Below are positions 1 through 11,288 of a stretch of DNA of 64,000 nt, piece by piece; within the stretch, counting starts at the first letter, position 1; each line of letters starts with the position of its first letter. A program made the translations under genes and the position numbers. This DNA is from an uncultured delta proteobacterium (GTDB lineage Bacteria > Desulfobacterota > Desulfuromonadia > Desulfuromonadales > JACZKF01): positions 20,322 through 84,321 of the forward strand of contig CAWFKQ010000015.1 in the NCBI GenBank assembly GCA_963816395.1. Reading direction: 5' to 3'. The notes under the pieces are model-generated. The model made no database searches and was not told the DNA's origin. It worked only from the letters and a program-made list of their open reading frames with translations.

Positions 1-253
1 CCGGATAGCGCTGCGAGCCGCAGAGAACGGTATGCTCGAGGATATGGGCCACCCCGGTGGAGTCGCGGGGGGTGGTGCGGAAGCCGACGGCGAACAGGTT
101 GTTGTCGTCGGCGCTGGCCAGGTGCACCATCCGGGCGCCGGTGGCCTGGTGGCGCAGCTGCACCAGGACGGCGTTGAGTTCGGGCAGGGGGGTGCGGCCG
201 GTGACGATGAAACCGTGCGCCTCGCGGCCTTCTATCCAATCATTTTCAGTCAT
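1..253 (-). CDS. M16C insulinase-family metallopeptidase (presequence protease-like), N-terminal part; runs off window edge
   Basis: Manual translation from ATG at 253: MTENDWIEGREAHGF...DNNLFAVGFRTTPRDSTGVAHILEHTVLCGSQRYP, containing the inverted zinc motif HxxEH. Confidence 0.9.
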   Translation of the reverse strand, partial: MTENDWIEGREAHGFIVTGRTPLPELNAVLVQLRHQATGARMVHLASADDNNLFAVGFRTTPRDSTGVAHILEHTVLCGSQRYP

Positions 254-320
254 CCAGTCCTCCGGAAATGTGAGTATTTATGACAGTTTAGCTCAGCGCC
301 CCAGGATGTCCAGGGAAAAC

Positions 321-365
321 TGACCCCCCCGCCCTACGGGCACGCCCCCCTGTGAAACAGGGGCC
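321..365 (-). repeat. REP-like palindromic element (related copies at ~455-490 and ~53915-53960)
   Basis: Reverse complement CCCCTGTTTCACAGGGGGGCGTGCCCGTAGGGCGGGGGGGTCA closely matches CCCCTATTTCATAGGGGGGTGCCCCGAAGGGGCGGGGGGGTG at ~53918; CTGTGAAACAGGG recurs at ~470. Confidence 0.7.
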
Positions 366-496
366 AGGGCAGTCATCCACCCTGCGGAGCAGGCCGGGCA
401 AGGCTCGCTTCGCGAGCCAGGGGAGTGGCTCTGGGTGTTCAGACCTCCACGCCGCTGCGGGCACCGCCGCTGTGAAACAGGGTGGCAGCGAGCCGC

Positions 497-1714
497 TCAA
501 TGCAGCCCCGGCACCACCTCCACCTTGACCCATCCCTGCTGGTGACGATCGAACGCCTGATAGGCCTCGATGGCCGAGCCGAGGGGCTCGACCTGGGTGA
601 GAATTTTCGCCGGATCGACGATCCCGCTCTCCACCAGTTCCAGCAGCAGGGGGATGTATTTGCGGTGATTGCAGTTGCCCATCTTGACGGTGAGGTTCTT
701 CATCATCGCCTTGCCGATGGGGAAGAGCTGCACCGTCTCCGGGTAGACGCCGATGATCGCCAGGGTGCCGGCCTTGGCCAGCGCCTCCACCGCCCACATC
801 AGGGCCAGCGAAGGGGCGTTGCCCGGGTGCCACAGATCGGCCTGGGGATGGGTTTCGGGGGCCACCTGCTGCAGCTCGCGGCGGAACTCCTCCTGCAGCT
901 GGCGCGCCTTCTCCGCCGCCGGCCCGCTTTCCGGCATCTGCGCGTCGACGCCGACGGCGTCGATGCAGCGGTCGACGCCGATGTCGCCGGTCAGCCGGAG
1001 GATCGTTTCCACCGGGTCCTCGGCGCCGAAATCGATCACCTCCGCCCCCTGGGCGCGCGCCATGTCGAGGCGCGAGGCGACCTGGTCGACCGCGAGAATG
1101 CGGCCGGCGCCGAAGATCTTGGCGCTGGCGATGACGAACTGCCCCACCGGGCCGCAGCCGAAGACGGCGACCGTGTCCCCGTGCTTGATCTCCGCCAGCT
1201 CCGCCCCGAAATAGCCGGTGGGGAAGATGTCGGAGATGAGGATCGCCTGGTCGTCGGTGACCTTCTCCGGAATTTTCACCAGGCCGACATGGGCGAAGGG
1301 GACGCGGACCTTCTCCGCCTGCATGCCGTGAAAGGGGCCGGTCGGTTTCGGGCCGCCGTAAAAGGCGGTGCCGGCCCGGCGGCCGTTCGGGTTGGCGTTG
1401 TCGCACTGGGCGTAGTAGCCGGCGCGGCAGTAGGAGCAGTAGCCGCAGGCGATGGTGGAGGGGATGACCACCCGGTCGCCGATGCTGAGGTTGCGCACCT
1501 CGGCGCCGATCTCCTCGACCACTCCCACCCCCTCATGGCCGAGGATGGTTCCTGGCTCCATCATCGCCATGCTGCCGCGCACCATGTGCAGGTCGGTGCC
1601 GCAGACGGCGCTGGCTGTCAGCCGGACGATGGCGTCGGTCGGATTCTGGATCTTCGGTTCCGGCACTTCCTCCAGACGGATGTCTCCGATTCCTTGAAAA
1701 ACGACGGCTTTCAT
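497..1714 (-). CDS. Zinc-dependent MDR alcohol/formaldehyde dehydrogenase
   Basis: CGTDLH, GHEGVG, CGYCSYC..C structural zinc site and GCGPVG Rossmann motif; RBS AGGAGAG upstream. Confidence 0.92.
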   Translation of the reverse strand: MKAVVFQGIGDIRLEEVPEPKIQNPTDAIVRLTASAVCGTDLHMVRGSMAMMEPGTILGHEGVGVVEEIGAEVRNLSIGDRVVIPSTIACGYCSYCRAGYYAQCDNANPNGRRAGTAFYGGPKPTGPFHGMQAEKVRVPFAHVGLVKIPEKVTDDQAILISDIFPTGYFGAELAEIKHGDTVAVFGCGPVGQFVIASAKIFGAGRILAVDQVASRLDMARAQGAEVIDFGAEDPVETILRLTGDIGVDRCIDAVGVDAQMPESGPAAEKARQLQEEFRRELQQVAPETHPQADLWHPGNAPSLALMWAVEALAKAGTLAIIGVYPETVQLFPIGKAMMKNLTVKMGNCNHRKYIPLLLELVESGIVDPAKILTQVEPLGSAIEAYQAFDRHQQGWVKVEVVPGLH

Positions 1715-2094
1715 CGATTCTCTCCTTGCGTTTCGACCCGCCGAGAACGCCGGGTCCGGTTTTCTCTCTCTTTTGGCTTTCTCCCACTTTAGCCGTCAGG
1801 TATCCCTTGTCAACTGCCCTAAAAATCATAAGGTTACGGATTTTAAGGCGTTTTTCAGTAAATTTAATGAGTTGCGGGAAAATACAGGCGGTCGCCGTTG
1901 TTAATCCCGGGAAATATTCTATCGTTGGTCACGGGGAAATATTCCCGATTCGACTCGATCCCCGGAGGGGTATTGGGGGCTGGTGCATACCTGTGGTCTT
2001 CAGCACTGCGGTTGCCAGGCGGGGAATCATTTGACTCGTGAATCGTGATTGCCGCGTGCGTCTCTGCCGGGGATCGCCGGCTGGAGGAGGAAAA

Positions 2095-3624
2095 ATGAGT
2101 GAGGGGGGAGATGTCCGGCCCGGGGAAGAGAGATTCCCCGGGGAACACTATTTCCGGCTGCTGGCCGGAAGTATCCCGGATATTCTGTTTGTCTACCGCT
2201 GCCGGCCGGAGCGGCGTTTCGCCTTTCTCAGCGACAGCATTGCCGACCTCACCGGCCATCCCCCGGAAGAGCATCTACGCCGATCCTGAACTCATCTTCC
2301 AATTCTGCCATCCCGACGACCGCGCCCTCCTTGCCGAGCTGATCGACAGCGGCCGCTTTCCGGCCGGCTCCCTGTCCCTGCGCTGGCTGCGGCCGGACGG
2401 GGAAGCGCGCCGGCTGGCCTTGCGCGGCGGGCAGGAAGTCGACGCCGAGGGGCAGCCGGTGGCCGTGGTCGGCCTTGCCCGCGACGATGAGCGCCGCCGA
2501 TGCGGCCGAGGCGGCGAGGCGGGAGGAAGAGAGCCGCTATCACCGGCTGTTCGAGAGCATGCAGGAGACTTTCGCCCTGGACGAACTCCTCTACGATGAC
2601 CAGGGGCGGCCGGCTGGACTGGCGGATTCTGGACGTGAACCCCGCCTACGAGCGGATCTTCCATCTGCCTCGGGAGCAGGTGGTCGGCCAGCCGGCGAGC
2701 GCCGTCTACGGCCGGAAGATCGTCGATGACTATCTGCCTCTGCTCAACCGGGTGGCGGCCAGCGGGGAACCGGAGCGCTTCGATTACCAGAGCGAGGACC
2801 GCGCCTTCCTGGTCTGCATCTTCTCCCTCGGCGACCGGCGCGTGGGCAGCCTGGGGCTGGATATCACCGAGCGCCGGCGGGCGGAGAAGGAGCGGGAGAA
2901 GCTGCTGGCGCAGCTGGAAAACCGGGTGGCGGAGCTCGATGCGCTGCAGGAGCAGCGGGAGACCTACCTTTCCACCATCTCCCACGACCTGCGCAGCCCC
3001 CTGACGGTGATCCAGGGGCATGCCCAGCTGCTGCAGGTCATGTTGAAGAAAGGGCTGGACGGCGCGGCGCAGCAGAGTCTCGAGGCGATCCTGAAAGGGG
3101 CCGAGGGGATGGCGGAGATGATCGACACCCTGGTGGATACCGCCTACCTGGAGAGCGGCCAGCTGTCCCTGAAGCCGGAGCCGGTGCCTCTGGCCGCCTT
3201 TATCGGCGACCTGCTGCAGCGTTCGGCGACGGTCCTGGAAACCGAGCGGATCGAACTGGAACTGCCGGCGGAGCTGCCGCCGGTGCTGGCCGACCCGGTG
3301 CGCCTGGAGCGCATCCTGGTCAATCTGCTCTCCAATGCCCTCAAATACTCGCCGCCGGAGTCGCCGGTGCGGCTGGAGGGGTGGCGGGTGGCGGAAGGAG
3401 TGGCGGTGGCGGTGATCGACCGCGGCCGCGGCATCGCCGCCGAGGACCTGCCGTACATCTTCGATCGCTACTACCGGACGCGCAACGGGCGCAAGGGAAA
3501 GGGGATCGGCCTGGGGCTGTATATCGCCCGGCTGCTGGTGGAGGCGCACGGCGGGCAGATCCGGGCGGCAAGCGAGGCGGGCAAGGGGAGCACCTTCGTT
3601 TTCACCCTGCCGGCGGCGGAGTGA
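2095..3624 (+). CDS. PAS-domain sensor histidine kinase (frameshifts near 2270, 2490 and 2610)
   Basis: PAS segments (HPDDR; DVNPAYERIF), H-box SHDLRSPLT, N-box NLLSNALKY, DRGRGI and GIGLGL spread over consecutive frames. Confidence 0.88.
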
Positions 3625-3630
3625 GGCGTC

Positions 3631-4941
3631 TCAGGGCGGGAATCCTCCCACCGCAGGCCCGGTCGCCTCGGTTTCGGGGAGGCTGAGGACGGCATCGCCG
3701 GCGGCGTGGGTGATGTTGCGCAGGATCTTCCACTCCTCCCCGAAGCGGCGGCGGGCGATGCTCCAGGGGCTGGTGGCGAGTGCCGGCGGGGAAGGGGCAA
3801 GGCCGACCAGCGAGGTGTAGAGACCGAGCAGGCGGGCGGCGGTGGCGGGCAGGGAGAATTCGGCGGCGGTCCGGGCCACCCCGGCGCGCAACCGCTCCCG
3901 GCCGGCCGGCGGCAGGGTGGCGATCCAGGCCAGCGCGGCGGCGAACGCCTCCGGCTCTTCCCGGGGGAGGAGGCGGCCGTTGTCGCCATCCCGCAGCACA
4001 TCCTGAACGCCGGGGGCGTCCACGGCGACGACCGGCACTCCCGCCGCCATCGCTTCGGTCAGGACCATCCCCTGGGTTTCGGTCTGGCTGGCGAAGGCGA
4101 ACACGTCCATGGCGGCGTAGGCCTCGGCCAAGGCTGCGCGGTCGAGAACCCCGAGGAAATGGAAGCGGTCGGCCAGGCCGCGGCGGCTAAAGGCGGCCCG
4201 CAGCAACTCGGCGGCCGGGCCGCCGCCGGCGAGCAGAAAACAGGCGCGCGGGTTCCGCTGCAGGTAGCGGACCACTGCCTCGGCGAGGAAGGCCGGATTC
4301 TTTTCCGGCGCCAGGCGCCCGACATGGCCGATGACAAAGCTGCCCGGGGGGATGCCCGCCCGGGCCCGGCAGGCGGCGCCGTCGCCGCCAGCGAAGACCC
4401 CGAGGTCGACGCCGGTGGGAATGATCTCCACCGGCACCTTCACTCCCCGCCGGCGCAGCAGCTCCGCCACCCAGCGCCCGGGGGCGATCACCACGTTGCA
4501 CAGATTGCAGTAGCCGGTGACCAGGTCGGCGACGAAGCGCCGCAGCAGCGGCGAATCGCCTGGTACGTAGTGGGTGTAGTGCTCGTACATGGTGTGGTGG
4601 GTAAAGACCACCGGCAGCTGCCTGCCGGCGGCGATACGCAGGGCGGTATCGCCGAGGAGAAACGGGTGGTGGGAATGGACGATCTCCGGGGCGAAGTCGC
4701 GCAGCGCCGAACTCAGCTTGCCGGGTATCGGCACCGGCAGGGAGAAGTCGCTGCCGTTGAAATGCTGGACCGCCGGCAGGCGGACGGTGTCCGTTTCCGC
4801 CGCCGGGGCGTCGGCGAATATCGGGGCGACGACCAGGACCCGATGCCCGAGACGGCGGAATTCTCCGGCGAATCCCTCGACGCTGCGCGCCACTCCGCTC
4901 ACGTGCGGCGTGTAGGTGTTGGTGACCATCAGAATATTCAT
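3631..4941 (-). CDS. Glycosyltransferase family 4
   Basis: NTYTPHVSGV, HSHHPF, GRLAPEKN and ETQGMVLTEAMAAGVPVV GT-B motifs. Confidence 0.92.
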   Translation of the reverse strand: MNILMVTNTYTPHVSGVARSVEGFAGEFRRLGHRVLVVAPIFADAPAAETDTVRLPAVQHFNGSDFSLPVPIPGKLSSALRDFAPEIVHSHHPFLLGDTALRIAAGRQLPVVFTHHTMYEHYTHYVPGDSPLLRRFVADLVTGYCNLCNVVIAPGRWVAELLRRRGVKVPVEIIPTGVDLGVFAGGDGAACRARAGIPPGSFVIGHVGRLAPEKNPAFLAEAVVRYLQRNPRACFLLAGGGPAAELLRAAFSRRGLADRFHFLGVLDRAALAEAYAAMDVFAFASQTETQGMVLTEAMAAGVPVVAVDAPGVQDVLRDGDNGRLLPREEPEAFAAALAWIATLPPAGRERLRAGVARTAAEFSLPATAARLLGLYTSLVGLAPSPPALATSPWSIARRRFGEEWKILRNITHAAGDAVLSLPETEATGPAVGGFPP

Positions 4942-5240
4942 GGCCGGACCCGCTTTCCCGGGGACGGCAACACCCCGCCCGGTGCTTCGAAAGTTCGCTT
5001 TATTGCTTTTCCTGGTTATGCCCGTGACGCCGGTAAAGCCACTTTTTCGAACCGAAGCAATTTACTTCACTGGAGCAAAGTGAATAACCCGCTTGCTTTT
5101 ATCGTCTGCGGGCGGGCTGCAGACCCTTTGGGAACGGACGGCTCTCACTTTCCTCCATGGTCCAAGTCAGTCTAGCAACCTTTCCCAGCGCTGCAAGAAA
5201 ACTTTTTTCGAGCCGCGGCCTGGCGGGAGCAGGGAAAATG

Positions 5241-7293
5241 CTACCGGCGCCGCTGCGGCGAGGTCTCGGTCAGGGCCAGGCAGCGCAGCACCTCGGCCAC
5301 GCTCCAGGACTGGGCGATGCAGCCGCGCGGGGTGTGCGGCGGTTCGGCATCGAAAATTTCGCCGATGGAGCCGATGCAGCCCTCCTGCAGAATGGTGAGC
5401 AGACCGGAGAGAAAAGACCGGGCGGTCTCCCGCTCCTGCGGATGCACCCGCAGCCAGGCGTCGATGAAAGGGCCGATCAGCCAGGCCCATACCGTCCCCT
5501 GGTGATAGGCGGCGTCGCGGGCGCGCAGATCGCCGCAATAGCGCGGCCGGTAATCGGGATGGCTCGGGAGCCAGGGAGCGCAGACCGACCGGGGTGAGCA
5601 GGCGCCGGCGGACTGTTTCCAGCACCGCTTGCCAGTGCTGCCGGTCGAGAACCGGGTGGGGAAGGGAGATAGCGAAAATCTGGTTCGGCCGGCAGGCCGG
5701 GTCGTCCCCCGCCTCGCCGTCGACGACGTCGTAAAGGCAGTTCTCCCCGGCATTCCAGAAGCGCCGGTTGAAGCTCTCCCGCACCTGCTCGGCCGCTTCC
5801 GCCAGGGGGGTGGCCGCCGCTTCGCCGTCCGTCTCCCGCTGCCATTCCTCCATCAGCCGCAGAGCATGGTACCAGAGGGCGTTGATCTCCACCGCCTTGC
5901 CGCGGCGCGGGGTGATGACCTCGCCGTCGGTTCTGGCATCCATCCAGGTCAGCGCCTCATCGCCGGCTCCCTGGCGCAGCAGCCCGTCGGCCGGGTCGAC
6001 GGCGATGCCGAAGTGGGTCCCCTGGCGATACCTGTCGATCGTCTCCTGCAGGCGGGGGAGCAACTGGCGCAGCAGCCGCCGGTCGCCGGTCGCCTGCAGG
6101 TATCTGCCGATGGCGTGCATAAACCAGAGGGTGGCGTCGGCGGTATTGTAGAGCCCTTCCTTCCGTCCCTCGGGAAACAGGTTGGGGATCAGCCCGTCGC
6201 GCAGGTGATGGGCAAAGGTGCGCAGGATCCACCCGGCTTCCCGGTAGCGTCCGGTGCTCAGGGTGAGTCCTTCCAGGCTGATCATGGCATCGCGGCCCCA
6301 GTCGGTGAACCAGTGGTAGCCGGCGATGATGGTGCCGACCTGGTCGCCCGTGGCATGGGCGCGGGCGGTCTCCTCGACCCGGCCGGCCGGACTGACGAGG
6401 AACTGGTCCGCCGCCAGCACCAGTTCGGCGGTCGTCCCCTCGGGACTGCCGGCCATGTCCAGCAGGCGCCGGCGGCGTTCGCGTTCCGCCGCCAGGACCT
6501 CCTCCAGGCTCAGGGCACTCAGGGTCCGCCACGATTCGGTCGAGGCCACCAGGGTCGTGTCCCGCCCCGGCAGCAGATCGGTATTGAACGATCCGGGGGT
6601 CCACAGGCTGCCGCAGGCCTCATAGCCGCGTTCCTCCTCCTGCCGGTAGCAGAACTCCCGGGCCCCGAAGCCGAAGAAGGTGAAGGCCGAGCGTTCCCCG
6701 TACAGCCGCAGCTTCAGCCTGGGCAGTTCGGGGGAGGAGGAAATCTCGTACTGCTCGCCGGTGATCGACAGCATATAGGGGGAAGGCGGCGGCGTGTCGA
6801 CCCGCGCCTCGTGGGAGCGGAACTGGATGCACGGGCGCAGCTCCAGGCGCACCGGCCAGGCGCCGGCCAGGAAACGGTAGGAAATGTACGTCGTATTCTG
6901 CCGGTAGGGCATCACCAGGCGTTTTTCCAGGCTCACCCCCTCGACCTCGAAGCGCCACACCGGCAGTCCGTTTTCCAGCCGGAACTCGGCCAGATAGAGG
7001 AGGGAGGAGCGCAGGGCTTCCCGTTCGGGCTGCTCCTCATAGCCAAGGCGGACGACCGTCCCGTCACGGAAGACCAGCTGCTCCGAAACCTGGTTCAGCA
7101 TGACCATCCGCCCGAAGGGGGCGGGGAGGGCGGCGACCAGCAGCCCGTGGTAGCGGCGGGTGAGGGCGCCGGCAACCGTTCCCGAGGCGTAGCCGCCGAG
7201 GCCGTTGGTTACCAGCCATTCGCGACGCAGAAAGGGCTCGGGATCGATTTCCTCCGGCCCCGGCCCCGGTATGCGGCGAACCAGTTCTTCCAT
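5241..7293 (-). CDS. Amylo-alpha-1,6-glucosidase / glycogen debranching enzyme (frameshift near 5565)
   Basis: REWLVTNGLGGYASGT, IAGYHWFTDWGRD, LTWMDA and RPNQIFA; the C-terminus (AYHQGTVWAWL, GCIAQSWSVAE) is in ORF 5241..5753. Confidence 0.92.
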
Positions 7294-7302
7294 GGGTCTC
7301 CT

Positions 7303-7463
7303 TAGTGAGATAGTGAGTAGTGAGATAGTGAGATAGAAAAACCCGTCCTACCCACGAACTCCACAACTCTCCAATTTTGATTTTACTATCTCCCTACCTC
7401 ACTACCTTACTACCCCCCTGATTTTTTTCTATCTCCCTACCTGACTATCTACCTACCTCACTG
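7303..7463. repeat. Paired, inverted short tandem-repeat arms (TAGTGAG[A]n ... CTA[T/C]CTC[A/C]n)
   Basis: TAGTGAGATAGTGAGTAGTGAGATAGTGAGATAG at 7303-7336 and complementary-type CTATCTCCCTACCTCACTAC arrays at 7386-7463. Confidence 0.75.
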
Positions 7464-7590
7464 GTTTTTGAAAGCTCCGGCCGGAGCTGGCAGCGCCAGT
7501 CCGGCCGGTTCCTTCAGCTACCCCACCGAAGGTGCCGCAGGTCGGTGTACGAGGGGGCTGCGGCGCCGGGGTGAGAGTTGCCTGCCGGGC

Positions 7591-8184
7591 CTACATGCCC
7601 TTGCGCTCCCCCTTCTCCTCCAGGGTGCCGGGTTGCTGCATGGTGCCAGGGTGCTGCATCGTGCCGGGCTCCTGCAGGCGCTCCTGAGTCCCGGTCGACT
7701 CCCAATAAGGGGCTACGCCGTAGAACTGGTGAATCTTCTGTTCTTTTTCGCGGGTCAGGCTCTTGTCCAGTTTCCCCTGCGGAGCCTGCTTGAGTTGATC
7801 GGCGCTCATGTTGCTCAGGGCCAGGGTTTTCTGCTGCGGCTCGACCTTCAGTGCCTGCCAGGGAATGATGAGGTCTTTGCCTTGGGAGGAGACGGTCACG
7901 TAACCGATCTGTCCATGCTGCAGATCGATGCCCACCTTATCCACCTTGCCGATCTTCTTCCCCTGGTTATCCTGCACCGTAAAATCCTGGAGATCATTGG
8001 CGGTGCGGATCTGCTCCTGCCCCGTGGCCTGCGCCTGCGCACCTGACATGGCGCCGGACATCTGACCCGAGGTGGCTTTCTCTTTCTGTTCCGATTTCCC
8101 ATATTCGCCGGCGGCCATCGATACCCCTGCGGTAACGAGGCTCATCAGGAACGCGGCGGCGGTCCAGAGTGCTGCTTTCTTCAT
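7591..8184 (-). CDS. Secreted PRC-barrel domain protein
   Basis: Signal peptide, VQDNQGKKIGKVDKVGID..GQIGY, IIPWQAL, IHQFYGVAPYWE; C-terminal QxPGTM repeats. Confidence 0.85.
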   Translation of the reverse strand: MKKAALWTAAAFLMSLVTAGVSMAAGEYGKSEQKEKATSGQMSGAMSGAQAQATGQEQIRTANDLQDFTVQDNQGKKIGKVDKVGIDLQHGQIGYVTVSSQGKDLIIPWQALKVEPQQKTLALSNMSADQLKQAPQGKLDKSLTREKEQKIHQFYGVAPYWESTGTQERLQEPGTMQHPGTMQQPGTLEEKGERKGM

Positions 8185-8296
8185 TGCGGTTTCTCCTTGG
8201 TTAGGGTTGCCCGTTCCGCCCGCCTGAGGCCAGGCGGCGCGGAAGCTGAATGCCTGTTAGCTGATTCCTCCGGTGCAGCTGCCCCCCCAGCCAAGC

Positions 8297-8932
8297 CTAC
8301 TGCTGGCTTCCGGCTGGCTGCTGCTGTGGTTTTTGCTGTTGCTCCTGCTGCTGGGCGCCCGAACTCTCCCAATAGGGGGCTACTCCGTAGAACCGGTGGA
8401 TTTCCGCTCCCTGCTGGCGGTTCAGAGCCTGTTCGAGGTTCCCCTCTGGCGCTTCCTTGAGTTTGCCGGCTGGGACATCAAGCAGCAGGGTGCCGCTTTC
8501 GCCCGGCTTGAGGGCCTTGAAGGGGACAATGTACTTCTTCTCGCCCATGCCGAGGACGCCGCCGGCAGAGACGATGGCGTAACCGACCTGGCCGCTTTTG
8601 AGGTCGATCAGCAGCTTGGAGACCTTCCCGAGCTTTTCACCCTTGGTATTCTGCACCGCGGCTCCCTCGATTTCCGCCGCGGAGCGGATATTCTGCTGCT
8701 GCCCGGCGGCACCGACTTTTTCCTGCTGGACAGGCTTTTTCTGCTGGTCCTTTTCCATGCTCTGGCCAGCGGCGGCGCCGGAATCGTTGGGCCTGCTCTT
8801 CCCTTCCACCGCCGCGAGGGTCCCACCGGCCATCAGCATGCTGGCGGCGAAAGCGGTGGCGACGAACAGGGCGGTTCGCTTCAGGAAAAAATTCTTTTTC
8901 ACTTCGCGCGTTGATTGTTCCCTGGTGTCCAT
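8297..8932 (-). CDS. Secreted PRC-barrel domain protein (paralog of neighbour)
   Basis: VQNTKGEKLGKVSKLLID..GQVGYAIVSAGGVLGMGEKKYIVPFKAL, IHRFYGVAPYWE. Confidence 0.88.
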   Translation of the reverse strand: MDTREQSTREVKKNFFLKRTALFVATAFAASMLMAGGTLAAVEGKSRPNDSGAAAGQSMEKDQQKKPVQQEKVGAAGQQQNIRSAAEIEGAAVQNTKGEKLGKVSKLLIDLKSGQVGYAIVSAGGVLGMGEKKYIVPFKALKPGESGTLLLDVPAGKLKEAPEGNLEQALNRQQGAEIHRFYGVAPYWESSGAQQQEQQQKPQQQPAGSQQ

Positions 8933-8974
8933 TTCTTTCTATTGCTCCTTTTCGCTCGTTACGAGCGACCCGGA

Positions 8975-9427
8975 TCAGTGCATCCGTTTCTTGACGCGTT
9001 CCTTCTCTTCCTGGAAGCGCTTGAGAATTTCCCCGGCTTCCTGGTCGCTGAAGCTCTTGCGCACGTCGTCGAAGATTTCGTGCTCCTCTTCCCGGAGATG
9101 ATGCTCCACCATCTCCCGCAGCACCATCGTCTTGGCGCGGAAGCGTTCGTCGTTCGGGGAAAGCTCCTCCAGTTCGTGCAGTACCAGGCGCGCCGCATGG
9201 TGCTCTTCCATCGATTCCAGGGCATCTTCCTGGCAGTCGCGGCAGTGCTCTCGCACGGAGCTGTAAAGTGTGCGCTCCTCCGCCCGCATGTGGGGGAGCA
9301 TCTCCTGATGCAGCTGATGCAGCAGCTCCTCCCGCTGGGCATTGTCTTCCGTATCCAGGAGCTGCTTAAAGATACTCCTGACTTCCTGGTGGTCGTGGCG
9401 CAGGGTTTCGAAGAGTTGATCGTGCAT
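8975..9427 (-). CDS. Hemerythrin/HHE cation-binding domain protein
   Basis: DHQEV, HMRAEERTLY, EEHH and HHLREEEHEIF motifs. Confidence 0.88.
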   Translation of the reverse strand: MHDQLFETLRHDHQEVRSIFKQLLDTEDNAQREELLHQLHQEMLPHMRAEERTLYSSVREHCRDCQEDALESMEEHHAARLVLHELEELSPNDERFRAKTMVLREMVEHHLREEEHEIFDDVRKSFSDQEAGEILKRFQEEKERVKKRMH

Positions 9428-9648
9428 GCACTTGCTCCTTGGTCTGTCGGGTTGGCCAGTTATTTGTTGATTTCCTCTATAGATCCATTTTGCCTGTTGT
9501 CAACGCCACCGAAGTTTGAAAAATGAGTAATTTCAATTAATTAAATATGAGGGCGGCCCTTTGGGGCGGCGATTGCCTTAGCCGGTGCCCCTGCTAAAGT
9601 TGACTCAGAAGGTTTCGGAGATCTTCGCGGCAAGGCGGGAGAAATGGC

Positions 9649-10461
9649 ATGCGCCAAAAACCGGAACCAGCCGGAAAATCTCCGGTCGGCAGGGAGAAAG
9701 CAGGACCGCTGCATCGCTTTCTGCATTGGCTCGGGCGGCATGAATTATCGATCCTCATCATGGTGGTTCTGCTGGCCCTGGTGACCTGGGGGTTTGCCGA
9801 ATTGGCCAATGAGGTCATGGAGGGGGAGACCCGCGCTTTCGACACCGCCGTGCTGCTGGCCCTGCGCAATCCCGCCGACCTCAGCGACCCCCTCGGACCC
9901 CGCTGGCTGGAAGAGATGGTGCGTGATTTCACCGCCCTCGGCGGGGTGGGGGTGCTGAGCCTGGTGACCCTGGCGGCGGCCGGCTATCTTCTGCTGCAGC
10001 GCCAGGGAAGGGCGGCTCTCTTCCTGCTCGTCGCCATCGGTGGCGGACTCCTGCTGAGCTTTGCCCTCAAGCAGAATTTCGACCGGCCGCGGCCGGAGCT
10101 GGTGCCGCACGGGTCCTATGTCGTCACCTCCAGCTTCCCCAGCGGCCACTCGATGATGTCGGCGGTGACTTATCTCACCCTCGGGGCTCTCCTGGCCAGG
10201 GTGCATTCCCGCCGGGCGGTCAAGGCCTATCTGCTCCTGCTGGCGGTGCTGCTGACGGTTCTGGTCGGTTTCAGCCGGATCTACCTCGGCGTTCACTGGC
10301 CGACCGATGTCCTGGCCGGCTGGGCGGCGGGAGGGGCCTGGGCGGTGTTCTGCTGGCTGGTCGCGCGCTGGCTGCAGCGGCGCGGCCAAGTCGAGCCGGA
10401 GATGCCGCCGGAGGAAGCGGAAACGAGAAGGCGGGGAGGAGAAGATGCTCAGGAGCACTAA
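9649..10461 (+). CDS. PAP2-family membrane phosphatase
   Basis: KQNFDRPRP, SFPSGHS and SRIYLGVHWPTDV motifs. Confidence 0.92.
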   Translation: MRQKPEPAGKSPVGREKAGPLHRFLHWLGRHELSILIMVVLLALVTWGFAELANEVMEGETRAFDTAVLLALRNPADLSDPLGPRWLEEMVRDFTALGGVGVLSLVTLAAAGYLLLQRQGRAALFLLVAIGGGLLLSFALKQNFDRPRPELVPHGSYVVTSSFPSGHSMMSAVTYLTLGALLARVHSRRAVKAYLLLLAVLLTVLVGFSRIYLGVHWPTDVLAGWAAGGAWAVFCWLVARWLQRRGQVEPEMPPEEAETRRRGGEDAQEH

Positions 10462-11177
10462 GGCGATGGTCGGATTCCGGCTCCTCGCCAGAGACGGCGA
10501 AACCGGCAAAATCGCGGATATCCTCTTTGACGATGCCGCCTGGGGCGTCCGTTACCTGGTGGTGGAGGCCGGCTCCTGGCTCGCTGGACGGCAGGTGCTG
10601 ATCGCCCCGGAGGCTCTGGAGGAGCCGGAATGGGAGAGCAAGCGGGTGCCGGTCAAGCTGACCAATGAGCAGGTGCGCCACAGCCCGCCGCTGAGCGCCG
10701 GGGAGCCGGTTTCGCGGCGGCAGGCGGTCGCCCTGCATCGCCATTACGGCTGGGCCGTCCCGACCTGGTTCGCCGGCGACTTCCATCTGGCTACGCCGCC
10801 CCGCGGGGAAGCCGCCGAGGAGTCGGAGGATGGAGGAAAAAAGCGATACGCACCTGCGCAGCAGCCGGGAGGTTTTCGAATATCGCCTGCAGGCGACCGA
10901 CGGCGAGATCGGTCACCTGGAGGATTTTCTGCTCGACGATCAGCATTGGCAGATCCGCTACCTGGTGGCGGATACCCGCAACTGGTGGCCGGGCAAGAAG
11001 ATCCTGCTGGCGCCTCCGGAAATCCGTCGGATCGGCTGGGGGGAGAAGAAGGTACTGGTCGGCCGCTCGCGGCAGGAGATCCGCAACAGCCCGGAATACA
11101 ACCCGGATAAGCCGCTGGGGCGGGAATACGAGGTTCGCCTGCATGAATATTACGGTTGGCCTAAGTACTGGGTGTGA
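10445..11177 (+). CDS. Double PRC-barrel protein (frameshift near 10820)
   Basis: Two repeats: MLRSTKAMVGFRLLARDGETGKIADILFDD..VRYLVV and HLRSSREVFEYRLQATDGEIGHLEDFLLDD..IRYLVAD; ends LHEYYGWPKYW. Confidence 0.85.
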
Positions 11178-11288
11178 ACAGCAGGCTAAGTAGCGAGATA
11201 GTGAGGTAGCGAGGTAGTAATTTCAGGTTTTTCTATCTGCATTATTCTCAGCTACTGGACTACCTGCTGATACAAAGGAATTTACAAG

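Noticed and set aside
300..495. Structured intergenic region as 6S or SRP RNA
   Set aside because: No recognisable consensus; explained by REP-like units also present at ~53915.
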